DNA of 64,000 nt, taken from contig OZ199838.1 of NCBI GenBank assembly GCA_964304625.1, forward strand, positions 15,786,017 to 15,850,016. The letters are read 5' to 3'. Below the pieces are notes generated by a model. It was not told where the DNA came from, ran no database searches, and worked only from the letters and a program-made list of their open reading frames with translations. The translations under genes were made by a program, and so were the position numbers. Numbering within the stretch: position 1 is the stretch's first letter; each line of letters starts with the position of its first letter. Of the stretch, positions 26,375 to 38,416 are shown piece by piece. This DNA comes from Kudoa neothunni. Its lineage: Eukaryota; Animalia; Cnidaria.

Positions 26375-28764
26375 TTAACCAAGTAGATGTCTTTTAACGT
26401 AACTATTTAATAGTAGTCCATCTGGATCCATATTTTGTCGGGCATTGAGGAAATTCTTGAATTGGGGGTACAGATTTTGAAGGGTTTGGGGAGTGTCGGT
26501 GTGCGTCTAAAATTTATATTGAATAATTATAATCGGTTGGGAATGTTGAAATTACTTTAGCCCAATGCGACCTTCCGTTGAATTTTTTCCTTATTTTTTG
26601 GTCGAACAAGGAAAAATATTGTTCTTTCGGGAAGTGACAATCACCAGGACTAGAACTGTCTTAAAACATTGAATAATGCGTTGGCATAGTCACCGAAATG
26701 ATAGGAGATTTATCATCATACAATCATAGCCATAGTTGTGACTTAGGTAGGCGTCGTCGCCTTTGACAAATCTTATTTCGACTAAAAATAATAAATTAAT
26801 TTTGTCGAAAAAATATCGGCTTTATGTGGATTACTGGGGAAATGAACGTTAAGGTTGTTTTCCTGGATCATCTTTCTAAATTCCAAAAGCACCTTTGCAG
26901 TGTCCTCCCTGGAAAAATAAGGTGCAGTGATATCATATTCATATAAGTAGATATAGGAGACAATAATCAGAATGAAAAAACCATACACATTGAATGAAAT
27001 TTCTCCCACATATTGCGGAAAATACACTTCAAAATTGAAAATCTATAAGGTAGAATATTTACTATTTATTATTTATTATTAATTAATAATTATTAATTAA
27101 TAATTATTTATGGTAATTAAGATGGTTACTCGATCGCTTCTATCTATCCTTTCACTGGGCCAATGATGGAGAATGTAGTAGAACACATTATTAAATACTT
27201 TGATTAATGTTGGAAAATAATAACTAGAGAAAAGATTGATTTTGTTATATTGGAGTAGTTGCGTTCAATGATACTACCTCGTTTTAAGTGCGTAATAAAA
27301 CCCATATTTTCCAATAATTTCATCCAGTATCCATCGAAATGTGTTTTTTATGGGGTTCTAAATATATAACTTTAATACTTAAAGTCGGAATGTATGTTGA
27401 AATTATTTAAGAAAATCTCAATAGAAACTAAATGATTTGATTCTACATTATAGAGTGATCATATTATAATGGAAAAAGTATATTAATAAAAATATTTGTT
27501 GTGTTATGCTGAAATTATGAATGGTATTTTTGATCGCTATATTCATAAGAATTGATTAATAATATTTTTAGAATTTTTTAGGTTGAAAATTAATTGTTGA
27601 ACGTCCACGTGATAATTTCCTCATAAAATAAGTAATTTAATTAAAATGTAAATAAAGATTAGGTAGAAAAATTTGGGGCAAATTAAATGTATTAGAATGA
27701 GAATATTGTCGTAATTCAGTGTAGCTATTGGTGTTGTGCTTAAATAGCTTAATTTGATGTATTTTTCAAAGAATTTGAACTATACCCATGAAGTGGAGAT
27801 ATTCTTGGTGGTCCTATCCACTTCAAATACCACACAACGATCGGTGTGGGGATAAAACATTATTTTGCTAAATTCACTGGCTTTTATTATCTTGTCGATA
27901 TTTTTAACCATCTTAATCATATTTAGTTTATTTTGTTGCCTTGCGAAGTAACAACTATATTACGTAATCAAAATCGCAAGAGTATCTTCGTTCTAAAACA
28001 TTGAACGAATGTTCAACTTGGATTGTTATATTTATAATAGCACCAAGGAGACCAAGGGAGACTTTGGCCGCAAGAAAAAGTTCCTGGTTGGACTCATTAT
28101 CAAGATGCATTAGTTCACCCTTTGGAGTAAGTATGTCAATGCTTAATACCTTAATAACAACTTAAAATTTTGTTTCATAAAATAGACTGAATTTACGTTC
28201 GAGGACAGGTTCCCATGTTTTATTCCGTTTCCGTGTGTAGCCGTAGAAATGGCTCCGGCGAGGGTAATAAAATTAATCGAGGGCAAACTATAAGATCATT
28301 TTATGTTGCAATATTTAAGCTGGCAATTACGTCGATAGAGCCAATCCATTTTCTGCTAAAACCTCTTGTAGATCACCTAGTAAAATTCCCCCTTGTACTT
28401 TGACCTGCATTCTCCGCTTGTCTATCTGCAGGAGGAAGTCAGCTGATTTATTATATGATATAACGATTGGTTACGTCTAGAATTTTGTTAAAGCTTCTCA
28501 TACACACCATAAATCCCTCAGTGCAGGGTAGATTGGATGGCGACGCTGAACTACCAACAAATCTCACTGTAGTTTTGTGTAGTCTAGCCATTTGATATAT
28601 CTAATGCGGGAATCATCTAAAATCGCTAATGAACCCAATGTGTTCACCTCCAATATTTGATCAGTTGTTTCCGGTTCAAAATAATATTTCGGCTTACAAA
28701 AATATGTACCAGCCCAATTGCGATAGATATAATCAATCCTGGGTGTGATAGAGTGGTTGTACAT
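26375..28764 (-). CDS. GULO: L-gulonolactone oxidase family (aldonolactone oxidoreductase), ~12 exons
   Basis: RNWAGTYFCKPKYYFEPET, VKVQGGILLGDL, TLAGAISTATHGNG, SLGLLGAIINITIQ, FYPHTD, VHFPIEIRFVKGDD, GRSHWAK, MDPDGLLLNSYVKR*. Reading frame intact after splicing. Confidence 0.92.
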
Positions 28765-29248
28765 TATTGCTTAAATTTATGTAGTATTGAATTTTTATAT
28801 CAGGTGGAGTTATGTTAGAAATTTCCAGTTAGTCCTACCCACCTTATAGTATGAATAGCGACGTTATTTAACGATGCAGCTTACACCATTCAAACATTGT
28901 TCACCTCTAGGATACCAAAATTTGTTTAATTTAAACAATCAGACGCGGGTATTTTATTTATTTTCCATTTATTATTGGATATTAAAAATCCTGCCAACTC
29001 TAAACTACAATGGTTTTCTCACACAGTCCAACATACTCATGGTAATAGTATTAAATCAACCCAATGAATCCCATTTGGTTAAAATAAACACGCATGTGCA
29101 CCAAAATGTAAATTATAGTTTGATCTTTAGAATTTTAAAATTAAGTGATTGCAAAATTAAACTATAATTGAATATCGCAGTAGGACAAAATGGAAGAATA
29201 GTTAACCGTTAATCTATATTTGTGTGCCCTCTAGGTTTATTAGCTTAA

Positions 29249-31122
29249 CCCTCGTACACATGCACAAAAAACTTACGCCAACCCGCTGTGGGGGTTTTTC
29301 TTGACCCTCACTAAAAAGTAAACACATGAAAACGTTTTTAAAATTAAAAAAAATATAATTGATATTTTTTGAATTTAAACATTCAATAAAAATTATTTCT
29401 TTTTTATTGCATAATTTTCACTGCGTTGACGTTTTCGATCTCCTCGAATGAAAACAAATTTGACACCATTTTCTGACATTGTTTCGTAAGATTTTAGGCC
29501 TTATTAAGGATGGAATGCCTCTTTAGGGACTTTTGGCAATACAACAAGTAGGCATTATATGCAGCGGTATCTAACAAATTATAGAAAAGAGTCATTGGTC
29601 ACCTTCGTGTTTTTCTTTTTACCGAAAAAAATCTTACTACTTGATCAAGAGTATCAACTCCACCTTTTTTAGAATTATATTAAGATATAATTTCGGGTTT
29701 TTAAGGTTTTTTTAATAAATATTCGCATCTCAGTGGAGTGTTGATAACAAGACAACCGATCTGTTTTTCTTAGGGTTGTATTTGACGAGTGTGACCTTAT
29801 CTTGAAACAAAAACTGACTGTTATCTTTATTTCTTGTCGATATTTGAAACTCTGATGTTAAAAATTTTTTCTTTTTTCGAACAGTTCCTACGATTATCAA
29901 TTTTTGGCCAAGTAGAAATCTTGCGAGGGAAAGAGTAGTGAACAAATTATCTGTTTAATATTTCGACCAAATTTAAAAATCGATTCACAACATTTTCTCT
30001 TGATTAAACTGTACTTCACCATTTTTTTCCAAGATACACCTTTGCGTTGAATAGGTAGGCATTCTTTGAGTCGCACAAAGCCCACATTTTAACACCATAC
30101 CGTCTGGGTTCATTTGGAATGTACATTTTGAAACCGCATCTCCCTCTAAATGTCACCAGTTGCTCATCAACGGCCATTTGTTCGTTTGGTGTATAATTTT
30201 TTCGACAACTTCCAATAAAGTGTTAAAAAACTTCTTGTATGGAACCAATTTGTCAACTTGTACTCTGGATCTCCGTTATCAAACCGCATACACGAAGATA
30301 TTTGTTCAAATAAATTAATGGAGATTTATTGTAGGTTGACCATACTTTGATGATAAGAAATCACGAATATCCATATTTTTACCCTTCATTACACCAATTA
30401 TTATTCAACCACCATTATATTTCATTCAATCATCTTTAATAATCAAAGTTAATTTTGATCGATGGTTTTTTATATAATGATTGGTGCATTAAACAATTAA
30501 ATCAAGGATTTCGTTGTCAAAAAAGTTTAAAAATATTTTCCGTGTCAATTCTTCGTTGGTTTATTGTTTAGATCATCTTTCTTCATCTTTCAAAGTCGAC
30601 GTGACAATCAATTCAGCATTAAATTCCGCGTCATCATCCAAATCATCCAAATCATCATAATCGGATACAGGATTTTCAATGAAATAGTCGCTAAACTTAG
30701 AATCAGTGACATCCAATAGAGTTTCATGCTGATCTCTTTGTATCTTTAAAGCGGACCAAAGTTCAGCCGATTTTGAATCCGTATGATCATGCAACACATT
30801 GAAAACACACTGATTAATCTCTTCTCTAAAATCATTCTACATATTTTTAAAATTCAATAACTCTATTTGATATTAAACATAGCATTAACAGAGTAATTAT
30901 CATAGATTTTCCAATAAAGGGTGAGGAACTGAAGTTTAATGTTTCGAGGATTTAATAGTGTTTAAAATTCATTTATCATTAGTTCAGTAAATATTTTAAA
31001 TTAATACAACAATAGAATAAATCAGGAAAAATCACTTAAAATTATGTAGGAGAGATTTTAAGAAAATCGCTGATAAAAGAAAAGGCTGAGCCCATTTTTG
31101 ACCCCCAATGTGTGCACAAGGG
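29249..31122 (-). mobile_element. piggyBac element with disrupted transposase
   Basis: TTAA|CCCTCGTACACA and TGTGCACAAGGG|TTAA. Fragments VDEQLVTFRGRCGFKMYIP, VGTVRKKKKFL, KYNPKKNRSVVLLSTLH, KGGVDTLDQ, RKTRR.PMTLFYNLLD. Confidence 0.92.
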
Positions 31123-32224
31123 TTAATAGATAATGATGAATCAACAGATAAATTAAATTAAATTGTGATGTAATGTGATGTAATGTAATAAATGGGTTTC
31201 AAATATTTGTAATTTAATGCTTAGAAATAAAATAATTTCAGAAAAATCACATAACGACCGTAGTTTATGAATTTGATTATTAAAGTTGATCCTATATTAA
31301 TATAGATAGCGTTAATTTTGTGAACCATATTACTTATGCTCTTATCAACGTTTTGACACTGAAAACTATATTAAACATTGTTCACTAACAATATTGATAA
31401 TTATTTGTTTACTTAATAGGTATTTATCAACTGTTTTGTATGATACAATAAAATTCTTTCACTGGTAACACTGGACAAGTGGATGATAAGATAATAATAA
31501 GAATGAAACAATGAGATTTTAGTTATTTGAAGATAATGGTTGATAACGTTATAACAATTTTCTATAGTATCCCAATTCCAATTCCAATCCCACTTTTCTA
31601 TTTTATTATATAAAATATTATCCATTTGAATAATTTATTCTATTTTCAAATAAAATTTATAAAAGCTTCTATAGTCATTTATAATTATTTTCGAAAACTT
31701 ATAAAGTATACATTTGATAGGGTTATGTACACTTTATTACTGTTTTAAAGTGACCGTATTTTAGGACTTAATAATCTAAAATTAAACTTGGAAACACAAA
31801 TATTTATTTTAGTCCAAAATAGGGGCATTTTCTTATAAATTTATCGTTTTGATAAGATCAAACTTAAATTAATCTCATAATTAAGTAACATTATAATTTA
31901 ATATTATTTTCTATAAATTCAAAAAAATCAATAGTTTATTAAATTCGTTTGGAAGCAAATATTTATTAAAATAGTTTAAATATAATAAAGTAGAACTAGA
32001 TACAGCTTAATTTAGTTGGAGAAAATATTTTAAATTATCCAATTAAAATTATATAAAGATAAAATATCAAGGCCAAGTATTTCAAACTGATCTATAAATT
32101 AAATAATACGAATGCTTTTATCGAATTGCAGATATGAACATTTTTTAATTGTGTTACTGATAAGATATATCGCTATAAATAGTAGAAACTTTCATTACGT
32201 AGTAATAAAGGGAAATCAGCATTA

Positions 32225-33330
32225 ATGGGAATTATAGCTATAATCATTTTATTGTGTATATTTTGTTGGTTTGTACGTTTTACAATGTGTGTAGGGTGCT
32301 CTAAAATAAGTAATCTTCGCTATGGTAATTCAAGAAGAAGCTTTATGGTACAAAAATGTTTTCCGGTACAGCTGTATTTTTTTAGTATGCTAATTTGAGG
32401 AATTATGTAACTCTCAATGAAAATTCGACACACATGCTCCTACCATACGTCCAAAATTTAACCCAATATCATAATCAAAATTTTGGACAAAATGTAATAA
32501 AATATTGGATAAACCAAATTCATAATTTTCACTAGTTAACAGATCTTTCGCATCTTGATCCGGTTATTAATTTTTTCATTCAAGACATACGAGTTCACAG
32601 ATATTATTGTACTTTAAGGGGGGATTGTCACAACAACACAAGTAATTGGATTATTTTATTTCACACTAATAGTTGGGATGTATTATAAAAATAAAATCAC
32701 TATAGCTTATCTATTTTACATAAATAAAATTTTTAAAATTTGAGGTGATGCTAGATTTGTGACTCAATTTTTAGTTATGTTGACTCCTCCAGAGCTAAAA
32801 TGTGCCCAATGCGCAGTAATATAAACCACATATCCAACCAATGTAACTTGAGATATTTTAGACCTTTACTAAAATTTTGGAGTACAATGGAAATGATAAT
32901 ATACCCGGAGAAATTTTGAAAATGGATTGCCGCCTAAATTTCTGGGAGATCAACCAAATAAAATTGGTATTTAAATTTAAAATTATGTAGGTAAGTATGA
33001 TTAAGTGCAATCACCTCGCTGGAAAAAACGCCTATTTGTATAAGAATTATAAAATGAACACAAAATATCACGCTTTCTGCAAAGGTCCTGAATTATGCGA
33101 ACAAGATTTTTTGAAATATATCATATATCGTCATGAAAGAAATGCATCATATATTTTTGGGTAATAAAATTAATTTAGATTACAATAGTAAATAAATTTA
33201 TTGATATAGTGATCTCAGCCTGCAACAATACGTAGGTCAAAGAGTTAGTGCAGCTAGTTCCAACGTCTAAAAAATTTAGAAGGGTGACATTCTTCGAGTT
33301 GAATAAACTATTAACTCTCATTCGTTGCCT
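32225..33330 (+). CDS. putative lineage-specific secreted Cys-containing protein (multi-exon, possibly pseudogenised)
   Basis: Signal-like MGIIAIIILL followed by several short coding-like blocks bounded by ~40-50 nt GT-AG introns (e.g. LSHLDPVINFFIQDIRVHRYYC, LTPPELKCAQCA, TFTKILEYNG..CRLNFWEI). Not all phases could be reconciled. Confidence 0.35.
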
Positions 33331-33421
33331 TTATAAGATTTCAATCGAACTATTAGTATTAAATTTTAATACGAATGTTTTTTGAGTTATAATCAGTTGT
33401 TTCTATGTTATCTCTTTATAT

Positions 33422-33610
33422 CAGGTGTCGGCAATCTTTTTGATCGACGGGCCGAACAAACACACCCTAATTCTAATGTTGGCCGTATTAAAATTAATTT
33501 ACAAAATTGTTTAATTGTTCTTAATTCCAATTTTGGATTTAATATATAAATTAGAATTTATAAAAGTCATTTGAACTATAAAAGTACGTCAAATCAAAAA
33601 TATTATATAC
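33422..33610 (+). mobile_element. hAT MITE, partial copy 3
   Basis: CAGGTGTCGGCAATCTTTT..GGCCGTATTAAAATTA..AAGTACGTCAAAT matches the left part of 43541-44060. Confidence 0.65.
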
Positions 33611-35289
33611 TTTTAAAGGTAGGAGATTTAGTGCATATACCGCTATCACCCACCTAAAGTCATGGGAAGAAGTTTCTCAGAGTCGAAGCATTTTCTCAAG
33701 TTATCAAATAAATCTGATGAGAATGTTTTCAGTATTATATTTTAAACGAAGCTGTATAAATAAAATTATATTTATGGTTACTTCGTCCACGTTGAGATTG
33801 ACAATAATGTTTATGTATTTTTATATTGCGCCTACGCTCTAGTTTAACGTCGATTTTAGTCGTTCCAAACTACCGCCACTAATTATAATATAGCAAAATG
33901 ACCTATTGGTTTTATTTACTTGACCAATTTTACTATTTAATTAGATTACTAGTAGAAATAAATAGCGTCATATTTATTGTCAATAATTTTCAAAACAAAG
34001 ATAGAAATATGAATTAATTTTTGAAATATTCCTCTATTTATATTTCGATCGAAATTATATGCGAAATCTGAATAATATAATCTAGTACAATGAAAAAATA
34101 ATGAGGAAATATAAAATGCATAAAATTTCAATTTCACTATTTAAATATATTCTAGAATATGAATTTTAAATTTAACAGATCTATTACCTTACAAATCCTG
34201 CCAACCAATAACTGATGAAGCTAGGTTTTTAATGCTAGTAGCAAATTAGATAATTTTTCATTGGTGAATTAATATGTAAAGAAACGTCAATACTAGTCAT
34301 GTGACTATGAAATTGTTTCATAACTAACGAAAGTGATTAGTAATTTTTAACTGGTCGTGGAAATTAACTTATATTAAATAGGTACACCTTCTTAAAACCC
34401 CAAAAAATAAAATAACATAATTATTCGTAAATTTAGCTTATATATTTAATTACTTTTGGATAGCAAATTGAATTTTATCCTGAAGTAAGATGATTATTTT
34501 TACCTATTAGTACGATTACAGTAAGTTGAAAGTATTTTTCATATTCGACCTACCTTATTTGTAAATAAGATATTCATTATTAATTAATTAATAATGAATA
34601 TCGAGAATATATAGATTGGATTTTACTAATTAGTTAACTTTATCGTTTATGATTTATTGACGTTTTATATTAAGTGTGCTTTCTGTTACAATTAAACATG
34701 TTGAAGTTACATGGAGCAAAAAATATTTTTATCATTTTGATTTATCGGGGAATTTTTTCAATTGATTTAGTGTATCAATGCGGAATGATTTAATAGTTTG
34801 TTTATGAGAATTTTGGTTTTTGCAAACGGAATACAAATAATTACAGACACAAGGTGGTAATTATATTTTCCATAATAAGTAGGTAAGGAATCTAACGCCT
34901 GACCACAGTAACGAGTAACGATCCGCTCGTTAAAAAGATCGCTAGTTAATAATTCGAAAATATTATCGTTTAATGTTTCATTGCACCCATTAAATCGTCC
35001 CAAGCACAGATTTTTTATAATTTGTGTCCATTTATAATATAAATGTCATTGAATATCGAGTAAAAAATACGAGAAGATAAAAGAACGTGTGAACCAATAA
35101 TCCGCACGTTTTTTCCGGTCCCGAAGGGATCACGTATTACCCGTCACCCGCTGTATACGCTAATGCAAAAATATAGACTACATTTGAAAGAGAAAATTAA
35201 TGATTAATCAATACACAACTTGTTAAATACAAAAGTTAAAATTATCATGAGCATTGAACAAATACCGTTCACCCCATGTATCCAGATCC

Positions 35290-36340
35290 AGATCCAGATC
35301 TAGATAGCTGTTTAATCATTTCCATGAGTTTATCATGGATCCTCTTAAATATTTCTTTCGAAATGGAAATTCACCGAAATGCCCTACTATAATAACATTA
35401 GAGATATTTTTTGTAATAAGTCATAGTTATTAAACCAAGTACATTTCGTTTAATAACTATTTCTGGTACCATTGTGAAGCAAACTTATCTTAGGTTGATG
35501 CCAATCCGACAAATTCTTTTGAGTGGTCAACCTGATGATGGATGAAGCCATGTTTACTAAGGTTGATGTAGGTCTCCCATTTACCCGATACAATTGTAGT
35601 ACCTAATCAAAATTGATTTAATTATTTTATTAAGTTGTTACCTTGCTCTATATTTTGTAATATAAGTGGTGGCAAAGTGGCTTTATTTCTATGCTACACA
35701 ATGTAGAGGAACATTTTGGTTGTTCCTTTTCAATGCTGCCAAACACCCACACACCATCAACAGGTCTTCCCTTGTGGTTCTTTCTTTTTCCTATCTTCGT
35801 TTCGTCTATCTCGACGACTTTACCCTCTCCTGATTTGGTTTAAATTTAAGACATAATTAAAGATATACCACCAAGTTTTTGATTGTCACGCATAAGTATT
35901 TCGGAACATATGTGCCGGAATTCGTTCAGCCATTTTGACAAGGTTTTGTTGCACTTTATATTCGTGTCGATAGCTAATCTCTCATACGAGGCTCTATACA
36001 CCCCAAAAAATGAGGTCTAGAATGACCTACAGAAAGCCAAATTTATTTAAGCTAAAAGAATAAATAAATTAATAACTCGTATTTTGAGATTCGAGTTTTC
36101 AAATATCGAAACTATTCTGATCGATATTTTCTTCCCACAACTTCGATTCAGACACCTCCATCGATATTTATCGTTCTTCAAGGGGGAGTCCTTCGATATT
36201 GTCATCTCCTTCAGTTTGCATTGTTGACAAAGTTTTCTTCTGTATATAATAAGCTTATTATTAAATAGAAAATCGAAAAGTTTGTTTTTATTTGAGGAAA
36301 TCTTGTGAAGATGATAGGGTGTCAGAGGAGGAGCCATTAT
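35290..36340 (-). pseudogene. intron-containing Merlin/ISXO2 (IS1595-like DDE) transposase, disrupted
   Basis: Zn-ribbon CQQC...WRCLNRSC; KLGG^EGKVVEIDETKIGKRKNHKGR, WVFG, IEQG^TTIVS, HHQVDHSKEFV. Introns at 36027-36076, 35830-35868 and 35603-35641. Frameshifts and stops present. Confidence 0.85.
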
Positions 36341-37199
36341 TTTTAATGAAGGGATATTCTCACTCAACAATTTACTTATATTTGTTCAATTAAAAATCTT
36401 CTACAAAAAAATAGAATGTTCTAGAATAATTAGAGAATATTTTTTAAATCCACCTCCTTTATTTCATGTATTTATATGGATAATGAAATGAAATTAATGG
36501 GGTTTCGTTTCATATAACAAAAAAATCAAATTATTTATCGGTTAAATTGGTCAAAAATAAAACTTTGGTGGCTTTTATTGACCTTCCCCCCATCATCCAA
36601 TAAAGGCTGAATTGCCGGAAAGATCTAACATAAACAATTTATGGGTTAAATAAATATATGCCTCGACAATGACTAATCCATAAAAAGGACCGACTTGTTT
36701 AAATCCACAAATATGAATATACATACATTTGGCGTCATTATCGTTTAATATTTGTTAAAAATATATTCTCATAATCGGTTATTTTAAACTTTAATGGGAC
36801 ATTATCACACATGGGATAAAAATATTACTTAAATTTGTGAATTTATTAGCTATATTTTGTTGTTAAAAAATATATAAACTGAAATATGGAATATTAAATT
36901 AATCGACAAAAGTATGAAAATTATTAAAAATTTATATGGTCGAATCGAGTTTTTCTTTTTTCAGATTCAAATCATTCATAATACATGATAAATTACAAAA
37001 ACGGACGATATAAATACAAATAATAATTCTCAAATTGTCGTGTTTAACATCGCATTCGCAAAATTCTGTTTTACGACCTAAAAAACAATATGCAATATTA
37101 GTCGCACTATAATAGAGGACCATATAAGGTTTAGACTCGGCCCGTATTTTTATATATTTTGGAGTTTAATTATTATCTTTGAGACCTTTAGAATTTGTA

Positions 37200-37560
37200 A
37201 AAAGTATTTTTATAGTCGGGCGTGCTCCTGGATTGTATACACTGTCGATATTTTTTAATGGATTTCTTGTTCGTACAGCAGAGACATTAATATCTATCAT
37301 AGAAGCATATGCTAAAGAAGGAATTACTATAATTACTGATTGCTTGTCGAGTTACAATCAACTCCATCAATTCTATGATTATTTAAGAGACAACCTTCGT
37401 GTTGAATTTGTGGGTTCTGTAACGGGAGCACACACAAACACTATTAAAGGTACCTGAAATGTAGCCAAATACAGAATCTCTCTTAAAAACAGGACATCAT
37501 CTGTAAAAGAGGACGGGAAGTTGAAGAAGGTGGGGTCCACGATTTCTTTGGCGAATTTCA
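37200..37560 (+). pseudogene. Merlin/ISXO2 transposase fragment
   Basis: RTAETLISIIEAYAKEGITIITDCLSSY...TGAHTNTIKGT. Confidence 0.75.
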
Positions 37561-38416
37561 ATGGTGGCGCAAAATCCATTTCGCCAACAAATAGTACGTT
37601 CTCAAGAAACGGAAGAACAAAGGCAACTTATACAAGATCAAAATAGAATAAGGAATATGCTCTCAGTACCAAATGAAAATTCCCAACAAAGACAAGAACA
37701 TCTGGTTTTGGAAGCTGTTCAAACAACTAAAACTATCCCAATCAATCAATAAATCTACAAATAATTTTTGTACCGTCTCTCGTATAAAATCATATTATCT
37801 TATATTATGGCTAATGACTTTTTTATACACGAGATAAGAATGCTGCAATCGGAAAAATGGAATCACGCTATGAATTTTGTCATGAAAAAAATGGTATGAT
37901 GAAACTTCAGGAATGCGCCGAATTGGAAGAAAGGATATTTTGGATACCTTACCTACACTCTCGGAATTACATCAAACATTGCTGCCTGATGTAACTATGG
38001 CTTCGAAGAATTATTGGGGAACACCAGAAAATACAATGCTGTCTTCCAAATGATCTCTTTTGGTGTGAAAATTGTTTGAAAGCATGGTTACATACATGCT
38101 AACCTTTAAAGTAGAAGGACGAATTTGGTACAGAATTGGGTCTTCGTAATCCCCGCAAAATTTAGAAAATTTTTAAAAATAGACTTGCCTGGAAGATTAC
38201 AAATCACAGGCTGATGCCTGAGAAAGAATATATCCAAATTTGAAATATGACATTATAATGTCTCTTTAAAATGTGTTACAAATGAAAAACAGTTGATTCC
38301 GAAGTTTCATATTCGCTTTAGAAACGCATGCATGCATTGATTTCAAAATTATCATTAACGTAGACAAACTGAAAAATTCCCTATGGGAGGACACCAAAGG
38401 AAGTTAAATACTACCG
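37561..38416 (+). mobile_element. Helitron Rep/Hel 5' remnant
   Basis: QETEEQRQ repeat-like N-terminus, RKYNAVFQMISFG, FKVEGRIWYRIGS, GGHQRKLN. Ends at the Merlin TIR. Confidence 0.7.
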
